The notes beneath the pieces were generated by a model, which made no database searches, had not been told where the DNA came from, and saw nothing but the letters and a program-made list of their open reading frames with translations. This document shows positions 1 through 8,842 of a stretch of 37,261 bases of DNA, piece by piece; position 1 is the stretch's first letter, and every line of letters starts with the position of its first letter. This DNA is from Clostridiales bacterium. Its GTDB lineage: Bacteria > Bacillota > Peptococcia > DRI-13 > UBA5745. Both the position numbers and the translations under genes were made by a program. Where the stretch lies: positions 1 to 37,261 of the forward strand of contig WRMS01000002.1 of the NCBI GenBank assembly GCA_009777025.1, given 5' to 3'.

Positions 1-707
1 ATATCTTCCGTCTTCACGAGGCGCCCCATCTCGTCGTAGCTGAGATACTCCTTCCAGCCGTTGGGGTAATCCATCGTAACCGGCCTTCGCATTCCGTCAA
101 AGGTATAGGAGGTCATCAGGCCGTCCCCGTCAGTTACAGTCGTCATGTTCTGTACCAGGTCGTAAGTGTAGGTGACGACAGAGCCGTCCGGGTAAACGAT
201 GGCGGCCTGGTTGGATACGGCGTCATATTCGTACCCTACTACTTTGCCCCGGTGGTCTGTGACGGAGGTAATCCGCTTCAGCAGGTCTACGGCGTAGGTG
301 TTCGTTCCCGTCCAGTCGTTCATCTCCACCAGTTCGCCTACTTTGTTGTAGGCATAAAGGGCCTGCCTGCCGTCAGCGTAATTGATCCGGCTGACCAGGT
401 CAAGGGAATTGTAGGCGTAGTTCGTCACATAGCCGTCTTCGTCCGTCTTTTGGACCAGATTTCCTGCCCCATCGTAAACATGGGAGATCACTTTGTTCGC
501 GGCGTTGACCACCGTGGTGACCAATCCCCGGCCATCGTAGCTGTACAGGGTTATCTGCTCTTCGTTTACGACTTTGTCCTGGGTATCGGTACGGTATAAG
601 GTAACCTGGGTAAGCCTGTCCATCAGGTTGTAAGCAAAGTAACTGCTATGGCCTAGCGCGTCGATGATGTTTCTGTTGTCATGTGCGAAAGTTGAGTCAT
701 TAACCGA
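1..707 (-). CDS. RHS/YD-repeat protein fragment, open to the left window edge, with no credible start at its 5-prime end (possible orphan or truncated rhs module)
   Basis: Hand translation of the minus strand is open from 707 down to 1. It reads ..ALGHSSYFAYNLMDRLTQVTLYRTDTQDKVVNEEQITLYSYDGRGLVTTVVNAANKVISHVYDGAGNLVQKTDEDGYVTNYAYNSLDLVSRINYADGRQALYAYNKVGELVEMNDW..GYEYDAVSNQAAIVYPDGSVVTYTYDLVQNMTTVTDGDGLMTSYTFDGMRRPVTMDYPNGW.., which is reiterated YxYDxxGxL YD-repeat units. It is absent from the ORF track because its stop lies outside the window. There is an in-frame TGA at 708-710. The first ATG (623-621) has no Shine-Dalgarno. Confidence 0.8.
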
Positions 708-776
708 TCACACACAACCGACGAGGCCATATACAGCAATGGTTGCCGGTACAGAAGGTGCTAACTGGTATTGATA

Positions 777-1427
777 TCAACCAAGAGAGTACAAATTGTA
801 TCTACTACTGGATTCAATATGATTTTGACTTATTAGTAGTTCATTGAGTTCATCAAAAGAAATTATGCAATCGATCCCGACAAAATCTGATATTGCGAAT
901 ATAATTTGATCTTTTTCATTCCTCAAGAATGCGTTTTTTAAATCTATTGATTGGTCTCCCGTTATTTGTGTGTACAAATTAAAGTCAATTGCTGATTCTT
1001 CGTATCCGTAGTCATCCAACCCTTTTCCTGAAATGTATCGTGTAATAACCTCTCCATCGCTAAAAAGATGTATTAAGAAACCGCCATATTCTTTATGATC
1101 AATGGATATACAGCATGTAGATAGTTTTTGGGATATGGCAGAGGCATTATGATATGCATCCCCCCATCCCCAGATTTCGCATGTAATAAGCAGGGATTTA
1201 CCTGTATAAACAGCCTGTAGCTTAGCATCTTTATATATATTAAATATTGGTTCAATCAGGTTCATTGTTTTAGAATCAACTGGGGGCATATTAGGCATTG
1301 TGTTTCTCAAAGCGAAAAAGTCTTTCTTTATGTCACTGGTTTGAATATAATCCAGATTTTTGATAATCTGCTCACAATCCTCTAGGGATTGAGTTAAGCA
1401 AAAAATGTTTGCACTTACTTCAGACAT
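777..1427 (-). CDS. hypothetical protein, 216 aa, AT-rich orphan gene; no family recognised
   Basis: ATG-initiated ORF with AGGAGG (plus-strand cctcct, 1438-1443) 10 nt upstream of the ATG. A hand-counted 60-nt sample (781-840) has about 30 percent G+C, against visibly GC-rich flanks. It is acidic and soluble-looking with no TM segment. Confidence 0.6.
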   Translation of the reverse strand: MSEVSANIFCLTQSLEDCEQIIKNLDYIQTSDIKKDFFALRNTMPNMPPVDSKTMNLIEPIFNIYKDAKLQAVYTGKSLLITCEIWGWGDAYHNASAISQKLSTCCISIDHKEYGGFLIHLFSDGEVITRYISGKGLDDYGYEESAIDFNLYTQITGDQSIDLKNAFLRNEKDQIIFAISDFVGIDCIISFDELNELLISQNHIESSSRYNLYSLG

Positions 1428-1589
1428 ATTGCCTCAACCTCCTATGTGGCATAATTTAGTACAGACCCGACTCGTTCGATATTAATTCTATGCCTTGCGC
1501 ATAAGCCGGCGGTCTTTTTCAAATAACGTATACTATTAGCGTAAAAGCAGCTGATAATCTATCGCTATCGATGATGTTATAAAAGTTGC

Positions 1590-1949
1590 TTAATCATAAT
1601 AATTCCGGGGTAAAACTACGCCTACTCCATCAGAATCTCTTATATCGATTCTAGCCAGTTTGTTTTTATAAAATACAAATATGTACCGCTCATCAATAGA
1701 AATATGATTTAGATTATCCGTATTTTTATATCGATTATCCTCAATTGCCTTACATGCAAAATGATTATTTAAAAATTCTTCTAAAATCTCATCCTGCGTT
1801 TGGCCAATACTGAACTTCATTTCATAGGATAGAATGCTTAACGTAATGGAAGCGTTTCTTTGATTAACAATACTTTGCGTTACAAGAAAAGCCAGAAGCA
1901 ATATACATATTGTGGATAGAAAAATCGTGTTTCTTTTCATATCACTCAT
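1590..1949 (-). CDS. hypothetical small membrane-anchored or secreted protein, 119 aa, AT-rich orphan gene
   Basis: The ORF has an N-terminal basic then hydrophobic stretch (MSDMKRNTIFLSTICILLLAFLV), typical of a signal peptide or anchor. The Shine-Dalgarno is weak, so coding status is less certain. Confidence 0.45.
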   Translation of the reverse strand: MSDMKRNTIFLSTICILLLAFLVTQSIVNQRNASITLSILSYEMKFSIGQTQDEILEEFLNNHFACKAIEDNRYKNTDNLNHISIDERYIFVFYKNKLARIDIRDSDGVGVVLPRNYYD

Positions 1950-2280
1950 CTTCAGCCAACAGTATCAATGGGAGATAAGACTCGTTTGGTTGACCCCGAC
2001 TCATTCGTCTTCAATCAATAGGAAGAGTTTATCATGCTATTCGTCTATTGTGAATATATTGAGCAAAAAATGAAAGGCTATTCTTATGTGTGAGGGAAAA
2101 ATGCTTGAAGGTATAGTTGTGCTTTTTTTCGGCTTGAAAATGACGATGCCGGCTGACATGTTCTTTGCAGCAAGTTTGGCTTTATATTTCTGTGCGATAT
2201 CGGCTCCTAAAGCGTTTTTGTGGTAGAATGAGTATTGATTCGATTTTTGGTCTGTGACAAAAGGTAAGTTGGGACGGAAT

Positions 2281-4176
2281 ATGATAAACTGTTTGGAACT
2301 GGTTAAACCGTATTTGCAGGAAGTGGAAAAGCCACAGCGTTATCTCGGAGAGGAACTGCACCAGGTGAAGAAGGATTGGGAGTCGGTGCAATGCCGGTTT
2401 TTATTTGGCTTTCCCGACGTCTATGAAGTGGGTATGTCTTGCCTGGGGCTTTCTGTACTCTATGAGGCAGTGAACCGGAGACCGGGTTTGCTGATGGAGC
2501 GGGCCTTCTCTCCCTGGCGGGATATGGAGGCGCTGATGAACCGGGAAGGCATCCCCCTTTATGGATGGGAATCCGGACGTCCCGCTGGGGATTTCGACTG
2601 TATCGGATTCACTTTACAGCATGAGATGAGTTATACGAACGTGCTACAGATGCTGAAGCTCTCCGGCGTTCCTCTCCTGGCGGCAGAACGGGGCGGAGAT
2701 ACGCCGCTGATTATAGGCGGCGGGCCTTGCTTGGCTAACGCTGAGCCAATGGCGCTTTTCTTTGACGCGCTTGTGCTTGGGGAAGGGGAAGAAGCGCTGC
2801 CGGACCTGCTGGAAATAGTTGGAGCGCATAAGGCGAAGCGGCAGGGAAGGATGGACAGAGCCGCTCTTTTCGCAGAGCTGGCTGCGCTGCCTGGCGTCTA
2901 TATTCCTTCGGGGGAGAGAGGTTCCGTCAGGAAAGCCTGTCTTCCTGATTTGGAAGACGCTCCCTTTCCTCTTGAACCGATTGTGCCCTATATGGAAATC
3001 ATCCATGACAGGATGATGCTGGAGATTCTGCGGGGCTGCACCCGCGGCTGTCGCTTTTGTCAGGCGGGGATGATTTACCGGCCTGTGCGGGAACGGCATA
3101 AAGATACGCTGTTGGCGCAAGCCGGGATGCTCCGGGATACGACGGGACACAGGGAAATATCCCTGACTTCGCTGTCCAGCTCGGACCATACCTGCATCAA
3201 AGAACTCATCGAAGAATTAACTGCTAAATTTTCTGTGGACAGGATCAGCGTATCGCTACCGTCCCTGCGTGCCAATCATTTTTCTGTGGATTTGGCGCGA
3301 GAAATCCAGAAAGTGAGAAAGACCGGACTCACCTTTGCGCCGGAAGCCGGCAGTCAGAGGCTGCGGGATGCGATCAACAAGGGCCTGGATGAAGAAGCTT
3401 TCCTATCGACGGTGGAAAAGGCGGCCGCCGCCGGCTGGCAGCAGATGAAATTGTACTTCATGATCGGGCTGCCCGGAGAAACCTTGGAGGATGTGGACGC
3501 CATAGCAGAGCTTTGTGAGAAAGCAGTTCTTGCGGGGAGCAGGGTGCTCAAAGAGCAGGGCGTCAATGGCGGAATGAGAGTGAGCTGCGCCGTGTCCAAT
3601 TTCGTACCGAAAGCCCAAACACCTTTCCAATGGACAGGACAGGCAAGTCAGGACGAATTGCGGGAGAAGCATAACAGGCTGAGGCAGCGGATTAAAAACC
3701 GCCGCATCTCCCTGAGTTATCACGACGCCTTTACCAGCATGCTGGAGGCGATTTTCGCCCGGGGGGGCCGGGAGTTGACGCCCGTTCTCCTTGCGGCGCT
3801 GGAGAAGGGCTGCCGCTTTGATAGTTGGACGGAAGAACTGCGGAAGGATAGCTGGAAGGAAGCGTTTGCCGAGGCGGGAATGGACATGGAAGCCCTTGCT
3901 ACCGCAGACTTTGCCTTGGACGCGCCGCTGCCCTGGGATCATTTGGATTACGGCGTCACGAAGGCGTTTCTACGGCAGGAGTATGAAAAATCTCTGCGGG
4001 CGGAGACGACCGGCGATTGCCGCTACACGACCTGCGCCGGCTGCGGCGTGTGCGACATGGGCAGTGGCAGCAACGTTGGCAGCGGTAGCAGCGGCAGCAG
4101 CGTTGGCGACAGTAGCGGCGACGCTAAGGACGCGGGCCTCAGAAACCGGCTGTCCGGCGAGGCGGTGGATTTTTGA
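2281..4176 (+). CDS. radical SAM protein, TIGR03960-like (B12-binding-like N domain plus radical SAM core) with a Gly/Ser-rich C-terminal tail
   Basis: It carries the CxxxCxxC motif CTRGCRFCQAG and an N-terminus (..LVKPYLQEVEKPQRYLGEE) typical of this family. ATG 2281 is preferred over the track start GTG 2254. It sits in the conserved context upstream of DUF2344 and RNase G. Confidence 0.85.
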   Translation: MINCLELVKPYLQEVEKPQRYLGEELHQVKKDWESVQCRFLFGFPDVYEVGMSCLGLSVLYEAVNRRPGLLMERAFSPWRDMEALMNREGIPLYGWESGRPAGDFDCIGFTLQHEMSYTNVLQMLKLSGVPLLAAERGGDTPLIIGGGPCLANAEPMALFFDALVLGEGEEALPDLLEIVGAHKAKRQGRMDRAALFAELAALPGVYIPSGERGSVRKACLPDLEDAPFPLEPIVPYMEIIHDRMMLEILRGCTRGCRFCQAGMIYRPVRERHKDTLLAQAGMLRDTTGHREISLTSLSSSDHTCIKELIEELTAKFSVDRISVSLPSLRANHFSVDLAREIQKVRKTGLTFAPEAGSQRLRDAINKGLDEEAFLSTVEKAAAAGWQQMKLYFMIGLPGETLEDVDAIAELCEKAVLAGSRVLKEQGVNGGMRVSCAVSNFVPKAQTPFQWTGQASQDELREKHNRLRQRIKNRRISLSYHDAFTSMLEAIFARGGRELTPVLLAALEKGCRFDSWTEELRKDSWKEAFAEAGMDMEALATADFALDAPLPWDHLDYGVTKAFLRQEYEKSLRAETTGDCRYTTCAGCGVCDMGSGSNVGSGSSGSSVGDSSGDAKDAGLRNRLSGEAVDF

Positions 4177-4931
4177 AAATCAGTATTTGCTATGAAAAAA
4201 CAGAAGCCGGCAGGTATTTGTCCCATCTCGATCTAGCCCGCACCATGGAGCGAAGCCTCCGCAGGGCAAAAGCGCCGCTGGCTTTCTCCGAAGGATTCAA
4301 CCCGCATGTCAGGATGGCTTTCGCTTCCGCCCTGGCCGTAGGCGTGACAGGACGCCGCGAATACGTCGATGTGGAGCTTGCCGGTCGGGTGCATATCCCC
4401 AGCTTCAGCCGGGCGCTGCAAGAAGCCTTTCCCTCCGCGCTGGCTTTCGTCGTTGCCGATGAAATCCAGGGAGGCGGCAAGGCATTGTCCGCCATAATCA
4501 ATATCGCCGTATATCGGATCGGCTTCACGCTTCCGCCAAAGGAGTTGGAGAAGGTCAGGGCAGGCGTAGAAGCTGTGCTGTCGGCGGACGAATTATGGCG
4601 AAAGCCAAAACAGAAGCCCGGAAAAAAAACAATCCCCGCGAAGGAGGTCCGCGGACTGATTCGAAGGTTGGTACTCCTCTCTGAGGAGGAAGCTGGGCAA
4701 GAGACGATTGTGGAACGGATGGGAATGCTTCCGGATGAGAAAAAGATATTCCTGCTGGAAGCGGAACTGCTTATGAAAGCGGACGGTCAGTTGCGGCCTC
4801 AGGAATTATGGGAAATGATCGCCTCTGCCGGAGGCTTTGAGGCTGTTCAAACCCTTTCTGTCAGCCGGCAAGCCTTGTTGATCTTGCAAGATGGAAAGTG
4901 TTTCAGTCCTATGGAAGGAGTTCTGGTTTAG
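4173..4931 (+). CDS. radical SAM-linked protein, DUF2344/TIGR03936-like
   Basis: The TTG start overlaps the upstream stop (TTGA). The N-terminus (KISICYEKTEAGRYLSHLDLARTMERSLRRAKAPLAFSEGFNPH) resembles the DUF2344 family, which always follows TIGR03960 radical SAM genes. Confidence 0.75.
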   Translation: MKISICYEKTEAGRYLSHLDLARTMERSLRRAKAPLAFSEGFNPHVRMAFASALAVGVTGRREYVDVELAGRVHIPSFSRALQEAFPSALAFVVADEIQGGGKALSAIINIAVYRIGFTLPPKELEKVRAGVEAVLSADELWRKPKQKPGKKTIPAKEVRGLIRRLVLLSEEEAGQETIVERMGMLPDEKKIFLLEAELLMKADGQLRPQELWEMIASAGGFEAVQTLSVSRQALLILQDGKCFSPMEGVLV

Positions 4932-6224
4932 GTGAGAAGAGAATTGCTGATGCGGTCGGAGAACCAGGAAACTACCGTTGCGGTCGTCGAAGACGGCCAG
5001 CTTGTCGAGCTTTACCTGGAGAGAGAGTCCGACAGCCGGGCTGTCGGGAATATCTATAAAGGCTTCGTGAAAAACGTCCTTCCCGGCATGCAGGCGGCCT
5101 TTGTCGATATCGGACTGGAGAAGAACGCTTTCTTATATGTAGACGACGCCAGGCTGGATGCTCCGGAAGACCGTGATGAGATGAGCAAGACGCCCATCCA
5201 AAGTATTCTGAAGGAAGGGCAGGAGCTGATGGTGCAGATCACCAAGGAGCCTGTGGGAACTAAGGGCGCCAGGATCACGGCGCAAATCACCTTGCCGGGA
5301 CGCTATCTGGTGCTGATGCCCATGTCGAATCACAGCGCGGTATCTAGGCGAATCCAAAATCCCGGCGAACGCCTGCGCCTCCAAAGCTTGGCAGACGAGC
5401 TGAAATCGGAAGCCATGGGTCTGATTGTCCGGACAATCGGCGCCGGCGCATCCCGGGAGGAGCTGATACAGGACCGCGAGCAACTGATGCAAATCTGGGC
5501 AGGGGTCAAAAACCGCTTCGAAAACGGCGAAGTGAAGGGCTTGATCTATAGGGACCTGGGTTTGTGCCAGCGTATCCTCAGGGACGTATTTTCTGTCGAA
5601 ATCAATCGCCTGATGGTCAATTCCCGAATGCTGTTCAATGAAGTGCAGGAATATTTGGATATGGCCGAACCCCGGTTGAAACGCAAAGTCTTTGTCTGCA
5701 ACATGGAAGAATACTTTGACAAATACGCGGTTCAGCAGGAGATGGCCACCGCGCTGAATCGAAAGGTGTGGATGAAAAACGGAAGCTACCTGATCTTTGA
5801 CCGGACAGAAGCGCTGACGGTAATAGACGTGAATACGGGAAAATACGTGGGCAGTACAGATTTGACGGACACCATCCTGAAGACGAACATAGAAGCGGCC
5901 AGGGAGATCGCCAGACAACTCAGGATCCGGAATATCGGGGGAATCATCATTGTGGATTTCATCGACATGGAAGGGGAAAACCACAAGAAGAAAGTATTGG
6001 ATGTGCTTATCGAGGAGCTAAACAAAGACAGTGTGAAGACCCATATCATGGGTTTTACCGCTTTGGGCCTTGTAGAGATCACCAGAAAAAATGTACGCCG
6101 GTCCCTGGACCATACATGGGAAACCCTTTGTCCTGTATGTGAAGGGAAGGGCCGTATATCGCCCCTGACCGAGCTCCCGCAAGACATGCGAAACCCGCTT
6201 GAGGAGCCTCAGAAAATCAATTGA
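4932..6224 (+). CDS. rng: Rne/Rng family ribonuclease (RNase G-like)
   Basis: It has an S1 domain signature (GNIYKGFVKNVLPGMQAAFVDIG), a catalytic core (..TVIDVNTGKYVG..GGIIIVDFIDM) and a C-terminal CPVCEGKG zinc link. Confidence 0.9.
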   Translation: MRRELLMRSENQETTVAVVEDGQLVELYLERESDSRAVGNIYKGFVKNVLPGMQAAFVDIGLEKNAFLYVDDARLDAPEDRDEMSKTPIQSILKEGQELMVQITKEPVGTKGARITAQITLPGRYLVLMPMSNHSAVSRRIQNPGERLRLQSLADELKSEAMGLIVRTIGAGASREELIQDREQLMQIWAGVKNRFENGEVKGLIYRDLGLCQRILRDVFSVEINRLMVNSRMLFNEVQEYLDMAEPRLKRKVFVCNMEEYFDKYAVQQEMATALNRKVWMKNGSYLIFDRTEALTVIDVNTGKYVGSTDLTDTILKTNIEAAREIARQLRIRNIGGIIIVDFIDMEGENHKKKVLDVLIEELNKDSVKTHIMGFTALGLVEITRKNVRRSLDHTWETLCPVCEGKGRISPLTELPQDMRNPLEEPQKIN

Positions 6225-6249
6225 CAATTGCCTTTTTCGATGATATATT
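6221..6249 (+). promoter_or_regulatory. sigma-A type promoter of the rplU-prp-rpmA operon
   Basis: TTGACA (6221-6226), a 17-nt spacer, then TATATT (6244-6249). The -35 overlaps the rng stop codon. Confidence 0.7.
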
Positions 6250-6255
6250 ATCTAG

Positions 6256-6383
6256 ACGTAGGCGTCGGGCCTGCCAAACCGTTCGCCCAAGGCTCCGGTC
6301 TATCCTTTCTTTACAGGAAGCCGGACAAATACCTCATCGCAGGTTGCCTTTGGGGCGGCGAGAACAGGACAGGAGGTGTGAGA
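6256..6383 (+). promoter_or_regulatory. untranslated leader of rplU, a candidate L21 ribosomal-protein leader
   Basis: About 130 nt lie between the consensus promoter and the rplU start. The position matches the Firmicutes L21 leader class. I could not verify the fold by eye. Confidence 0.35.
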
Positions 6384-6698
6384 ATGTACGCCATTATAGA
6401 AACCGGAGGCAAACAGTTCCGCGTTCAACAAGGCGATGTGCTGCATGTTGAGAAACTGAAGGCTGAAGTCGGAGAAGTCGTGGAAGTGTCCAACGTGCTG
6501 GCTTTGGAGCAGGAAAGCGGGCTGATCGTCGGCAAACCTTATGTGACAGGCGCAAAGGTTCTACTGAAGATTGTCGAACAGGGTAGAGGCGAAAAAATAC
6601 TGGTATTTAAATACAAACCGAAGAAAAAATACCGTAAACTTCGGGGCCATCGGCAGCCGTACTCAAAAGTAGTCATCGACGAGATACAAACCGGATGA
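6384..6698 (+). CDS. rplU: 50S ribosomal protein L21
   Basis: [20 protein letters not shown].. is the canonical L21 N-terminus. GGAGGTG lies 7 nt upstream of ATG 6384. The track start at 6228 would add 52 non-L21 residues. Confidence 0.95.
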   Translation: MYAIIETGGKQFRVQQGDVLHVEKLKAEVGEVVEVSNVLALEQESGLIVGKPYVTGAKVLLKIVEQGRGEKILVFKYKPKKKYRKLRGHRQPYSKVVIDEIQTG

Positions 6699-7024
6699 TC
6701 AGGATCAGAATTCGGGGAAGTCAGGAGAACATTAAGGGCTTCACCGTGAGGGGACATGCCGGTTACGCGCCGCGGGGGAGCGATGTGGTATGCGCAGGCG
6801 TATCCGCTGTCGCCACCGCAGCCCTCATGGGTTTGGTCAAGCGGCTGCCCGGTCATGTACGATACCGGATATCCCGCCGAGGACGGATGGATTGCCGGCT
6901 GGTCGGCAGAATTTCGGATGAGGCCGCCCGGGAAGCCCAAACGATTTTGGATGTTATGGCGCAGGGACTGCGGGAGATTCAACAAAGCCATAAGAAGTAT
7001 ATCGATTTTTCCTTTAGGAGGTGA
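6695..7024 (+). CDS. prp: ribosomal-processing cysteine protease Prp (YsxB/DUF464)
   Basis: It lies between rplU and rpmA and carries [19 protein letters not shown] with the catalytic His/Cys context. Its start overlaps the rplU stop (ATGA). Confidence 0.9.
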   Translation: MIRIRIRGSQENIKGFTVRGHAGYAPRGSDVVCAGVSAVATAALMGLVKRLPGHVRYRISRRGRMDCRLVGRISDEAAREAQTILDVMAQGLREIQQSHKKYIDFSFRR

Positions 7025-7029
7025 ACCCC

Positions 7030-7320
7030 ATGATTTCAATGAATTTGCAGCTTTTTGCCCACAAGAAGGGCGTCGGCAGTTCCCGAAACGGGCGGGACTC
7101 CGCAGCCCAGCGACTGGGCGTAAAGAAATATGACGGAGAATTGGTGTCAGCCGGTTACATCCTTGTCCGGCAGAGGGGGACAAAGATCCATCCCGGCAAC
7201 AATGTGGGCTTAGGCAAAGACGATACGCTTTTTGCGCTGATTGACGGTTATGTTAAGTTCGAACATCTGGACAGAAAGCGGAAGAGGGTCAGTATATACG
7301 CCGAGAAAGCGCAGGTATGA
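7030..7320 (+). CDS. rpmA: 50S ribosomal protein L27 with a cleavable N-terminal extension
   Basis: [24 protein letters not shown].. is the Firmicutes L27 propeptide followed by the conserved mature N-terminus. AGGAGGTGA lies upstream of ATG 7030. Confidence 0.95.
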   Translation: MISMNLQLFAHKKGVGSSRNGRDSAAQRLGVKKYDGELVSAGYILVRQRGTKIHPGNNVGLGKDDTLFALIDGYVKFEHLDRKRKRVSIYAEKAQV

Positions 7321-7352
7321 AGCGCGTTACCCGGCGGGGAGAAAGCGTCACG

Positions 7353-7377
7353 CCTCGGCTCAGCCGGGGCATTTTTC
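7353..7377 (+). terminator. candidate intrinsic terminator or attenuator after rpmA
   Basis: Stem CCTCGGC (7353-7359) pairs with GCCGGGG (7363-7369) around a 3-nt loop, followed by CATTTTTC. Confidence 0.5.
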
Positions 7378-7475
7378 TGTGATACGTGAAACGGCCCGTC
7401 TCATTGGGCTGTCCTTGCCGGATGCCGCTGAATTGAGTATGTGGTGCAGTATGGCGCAAATAAGGTATACAGAAT

Positions 7476-8750
7476 ATGTTTTATGATTATGCGAGGATAT
7501 ATGTGAAGGCCGGCAAAGGCGGCGACGGAATGGTATCCTTTCGCAGGGAGAAATATGTTCCTGCGGGCGGTCCTTCTGGCGGCGACGGCGGCCGGGGCGG
7601 CAATGTTGTGTTTGTGGCGGACGAGGGACTCCGGACACTGGTGGATTTTCGCTATCAAAAGCATTTGTACGCACCCTACGGGGAATCCGGCAAAAGTAAA
7701 AATATGCACGGCGCAGCCGGCAGCGATCTGATCGTGAAGGCGCCCGTGGGTACGATTGTGAAAAAAGACGATGAAACGGTAGTCGGGGAACTGCTCTTTC
7801 ATCGCCAGAGGCTGGTTGTGGCAAAAGGCGGCCGGGGCGGTAGAGGCAACGCCCGTTTTGTTTCTTCGGTCAACCGCGCCCCGCAGGTAGCGGATAACGG
7901 CGAACTTGGCGAAGAAAGCTGGCTGGTATTGGAACTGAAGCTGCTGGCGGATGTAGGGCTCATCGGTTTCCCGAATGTGGGCAAGTCGACGATCATTTCT
8001 GTGGTCTCCGCGGCAAAGCCGAAAATCGCCAATTATCCTTTCACCACCATCGACCCGAATTTGGGCGTCGTCCGGCTTGGGGAGGAAGAAAGCTTTGTCA
8101 TGGCGGATATCCCCGGGCTGATCGAAGGCGCCGGGGAAGGCGCGGGCTTGGGGCATCGGTTTCTCCGCCATGTGGAGCGGACGAAAGTGTTGATTCACGT
8201 ATTGGACGTCTCCGGCTATGAAAGCCGGGATCCCTTGGAAGACTTCGACGCGGTCAACAAAGAATTGGAGATCTACAATCCTAAATTGAGCCGCATGCCC
8301 CAGATCATCGCCGCCAATAAAATGGATCTGCCGCAAGCCGAAGAAAACCTGGCAAGACTGCGCGCCAGGCTGGAGGATCGTTATCCGATTATCGAGCTAT
8401 CCGCCGCTTTGGGACAAGGCTGTCAGCGACTGGTGCAGGAAGCGGGAAAGCTGTTGGCAGAACAGACGACTATACCCGTCGTCCCGATGGATGAAATTAA
8501 AATAACCAGGCTGGAAGCGGATGAAGAACCCCCAATCTCGGCGAAGCGGGAGAACGAATATTGGATCCTGACCGGCAGTGAAGTCAAACGTCAGATCCAG
8601 CGGACCAATTTTGCGAATGAAGCGGCGGTCAATCGCCTGCTCAGGATATTGCGTTCTATGGATGCGGAGCGGGTCTTGCGGGAAGCGGGAGCAGCCGACG
8701 GCGATACGGTGGTCATTGGCCCCATGGAATTTGAGTTCAGCGACGCATAG
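7476..8750 (+). CDS. obg: GTPase Obg/CgtA
   Basis: It has the Gly-rich Obg fold (GKGGDGMVSFRREKYVPAGGPSGGDGGRGGNV), G1 GFPNVGKST, G3 DIPGLIEGA and a C-terminal OCT-like extension. Confidence 0.95.
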   Translation: MFYDYARIYVKAGKGGDGMVSFRREKYVPAGGPSGGDGGRGGNVVFVADEGLRTLVDFRYQKHLYAPYGESGKSKNMHGAAGSDLIVKAPVGTIVKKDDETVVGELLFHRQRLVVAKGGRGGRGNARFVSSVNRAPQVADNGELGEESWLVLELKLLADVGLIGFPNVGKSTIISVVSAAKPKIANYPFTTIDPNLGVVRLGEEESFVMADIPGLIEGAGEGAGLGHRFLRHVERTKVLIHVLDVSGYESRDPLEDFDAVNKELEIYNPKLSRMPQIIAANKMDLPQAEENLARLRARLEDRYPIIELSAALGQGCQRLVQEAGKLLAEQTTIPVVPMDEIKITRLEADEEPPISAKRENEYWILTGSEVKRQIQRTNFANEAAVNRLLRILRSMDAERVLREAGAADGDTVVIGPMEFEFSDA

Positions 8751-8778
8751 TATCCTTGCGTCCAATGACAGGATCAGC

Positions 8779-8814
8779 AAAATGAAGAGGGGGCTAATGC
8801 CCCCTCTTCATTTT
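8779..8814. terminator. bidirectional intrinsic terminator between convergent obg and the DUF1858 gene
   Basis: A perfect 15-bp stem, AAAATGAAGAGGGGG / CCCCCTCTTCATTTT, with A-run and T-run on the two sides. Confidence 0.85.
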
Positions 8815-8842
8815 GAATTAAGCTGTAAGCTGTTTACCTATA

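Noticed and set aside
252-599. 115-aa plus-strand ORF from the track
   Set aside because: It lies antisense to the clearly coding YD-repeat frame on the minus strand. It has no SD and a Val/Gly-rich mirror composition, so it is an antisense artefact.
708-779. The 216-aa ORF, a 22-codon spacer and the RHS frame are all in the same reading frame, separated only by two TGA codons. This raised the idea of a readthrough or recoded fusion.
   Set aside because: The same frame is a 1-in-3 coincidence. Base composition changes sharply at the junction, and the spacer peptide (YQYQLAPSVPATIAVYGLVGCV) has no repeat character. Nothing in the rest of the window suggests TGA reassignment, and many genes end in TGA.
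5133-5984. 283-aa minus-strand ORF
   Set aside because: It is antisense to the RNase G gene, and no independent coding signal was seen.
6228-6383. 52-codon N-terminal extension of rplU suggested by the track
   Set aside because: The canonical L21 N-terminus [11 protein letters not shown] starts at 6384 with a strong SD. The extension would begin inside the promoter spacer, between the -35 and -10 boxes.
7401-8336. 311-aa minus-strand ORF
   Set aside because: It is antisense to obg. This is the same GC-rich antisense artefact pattern.
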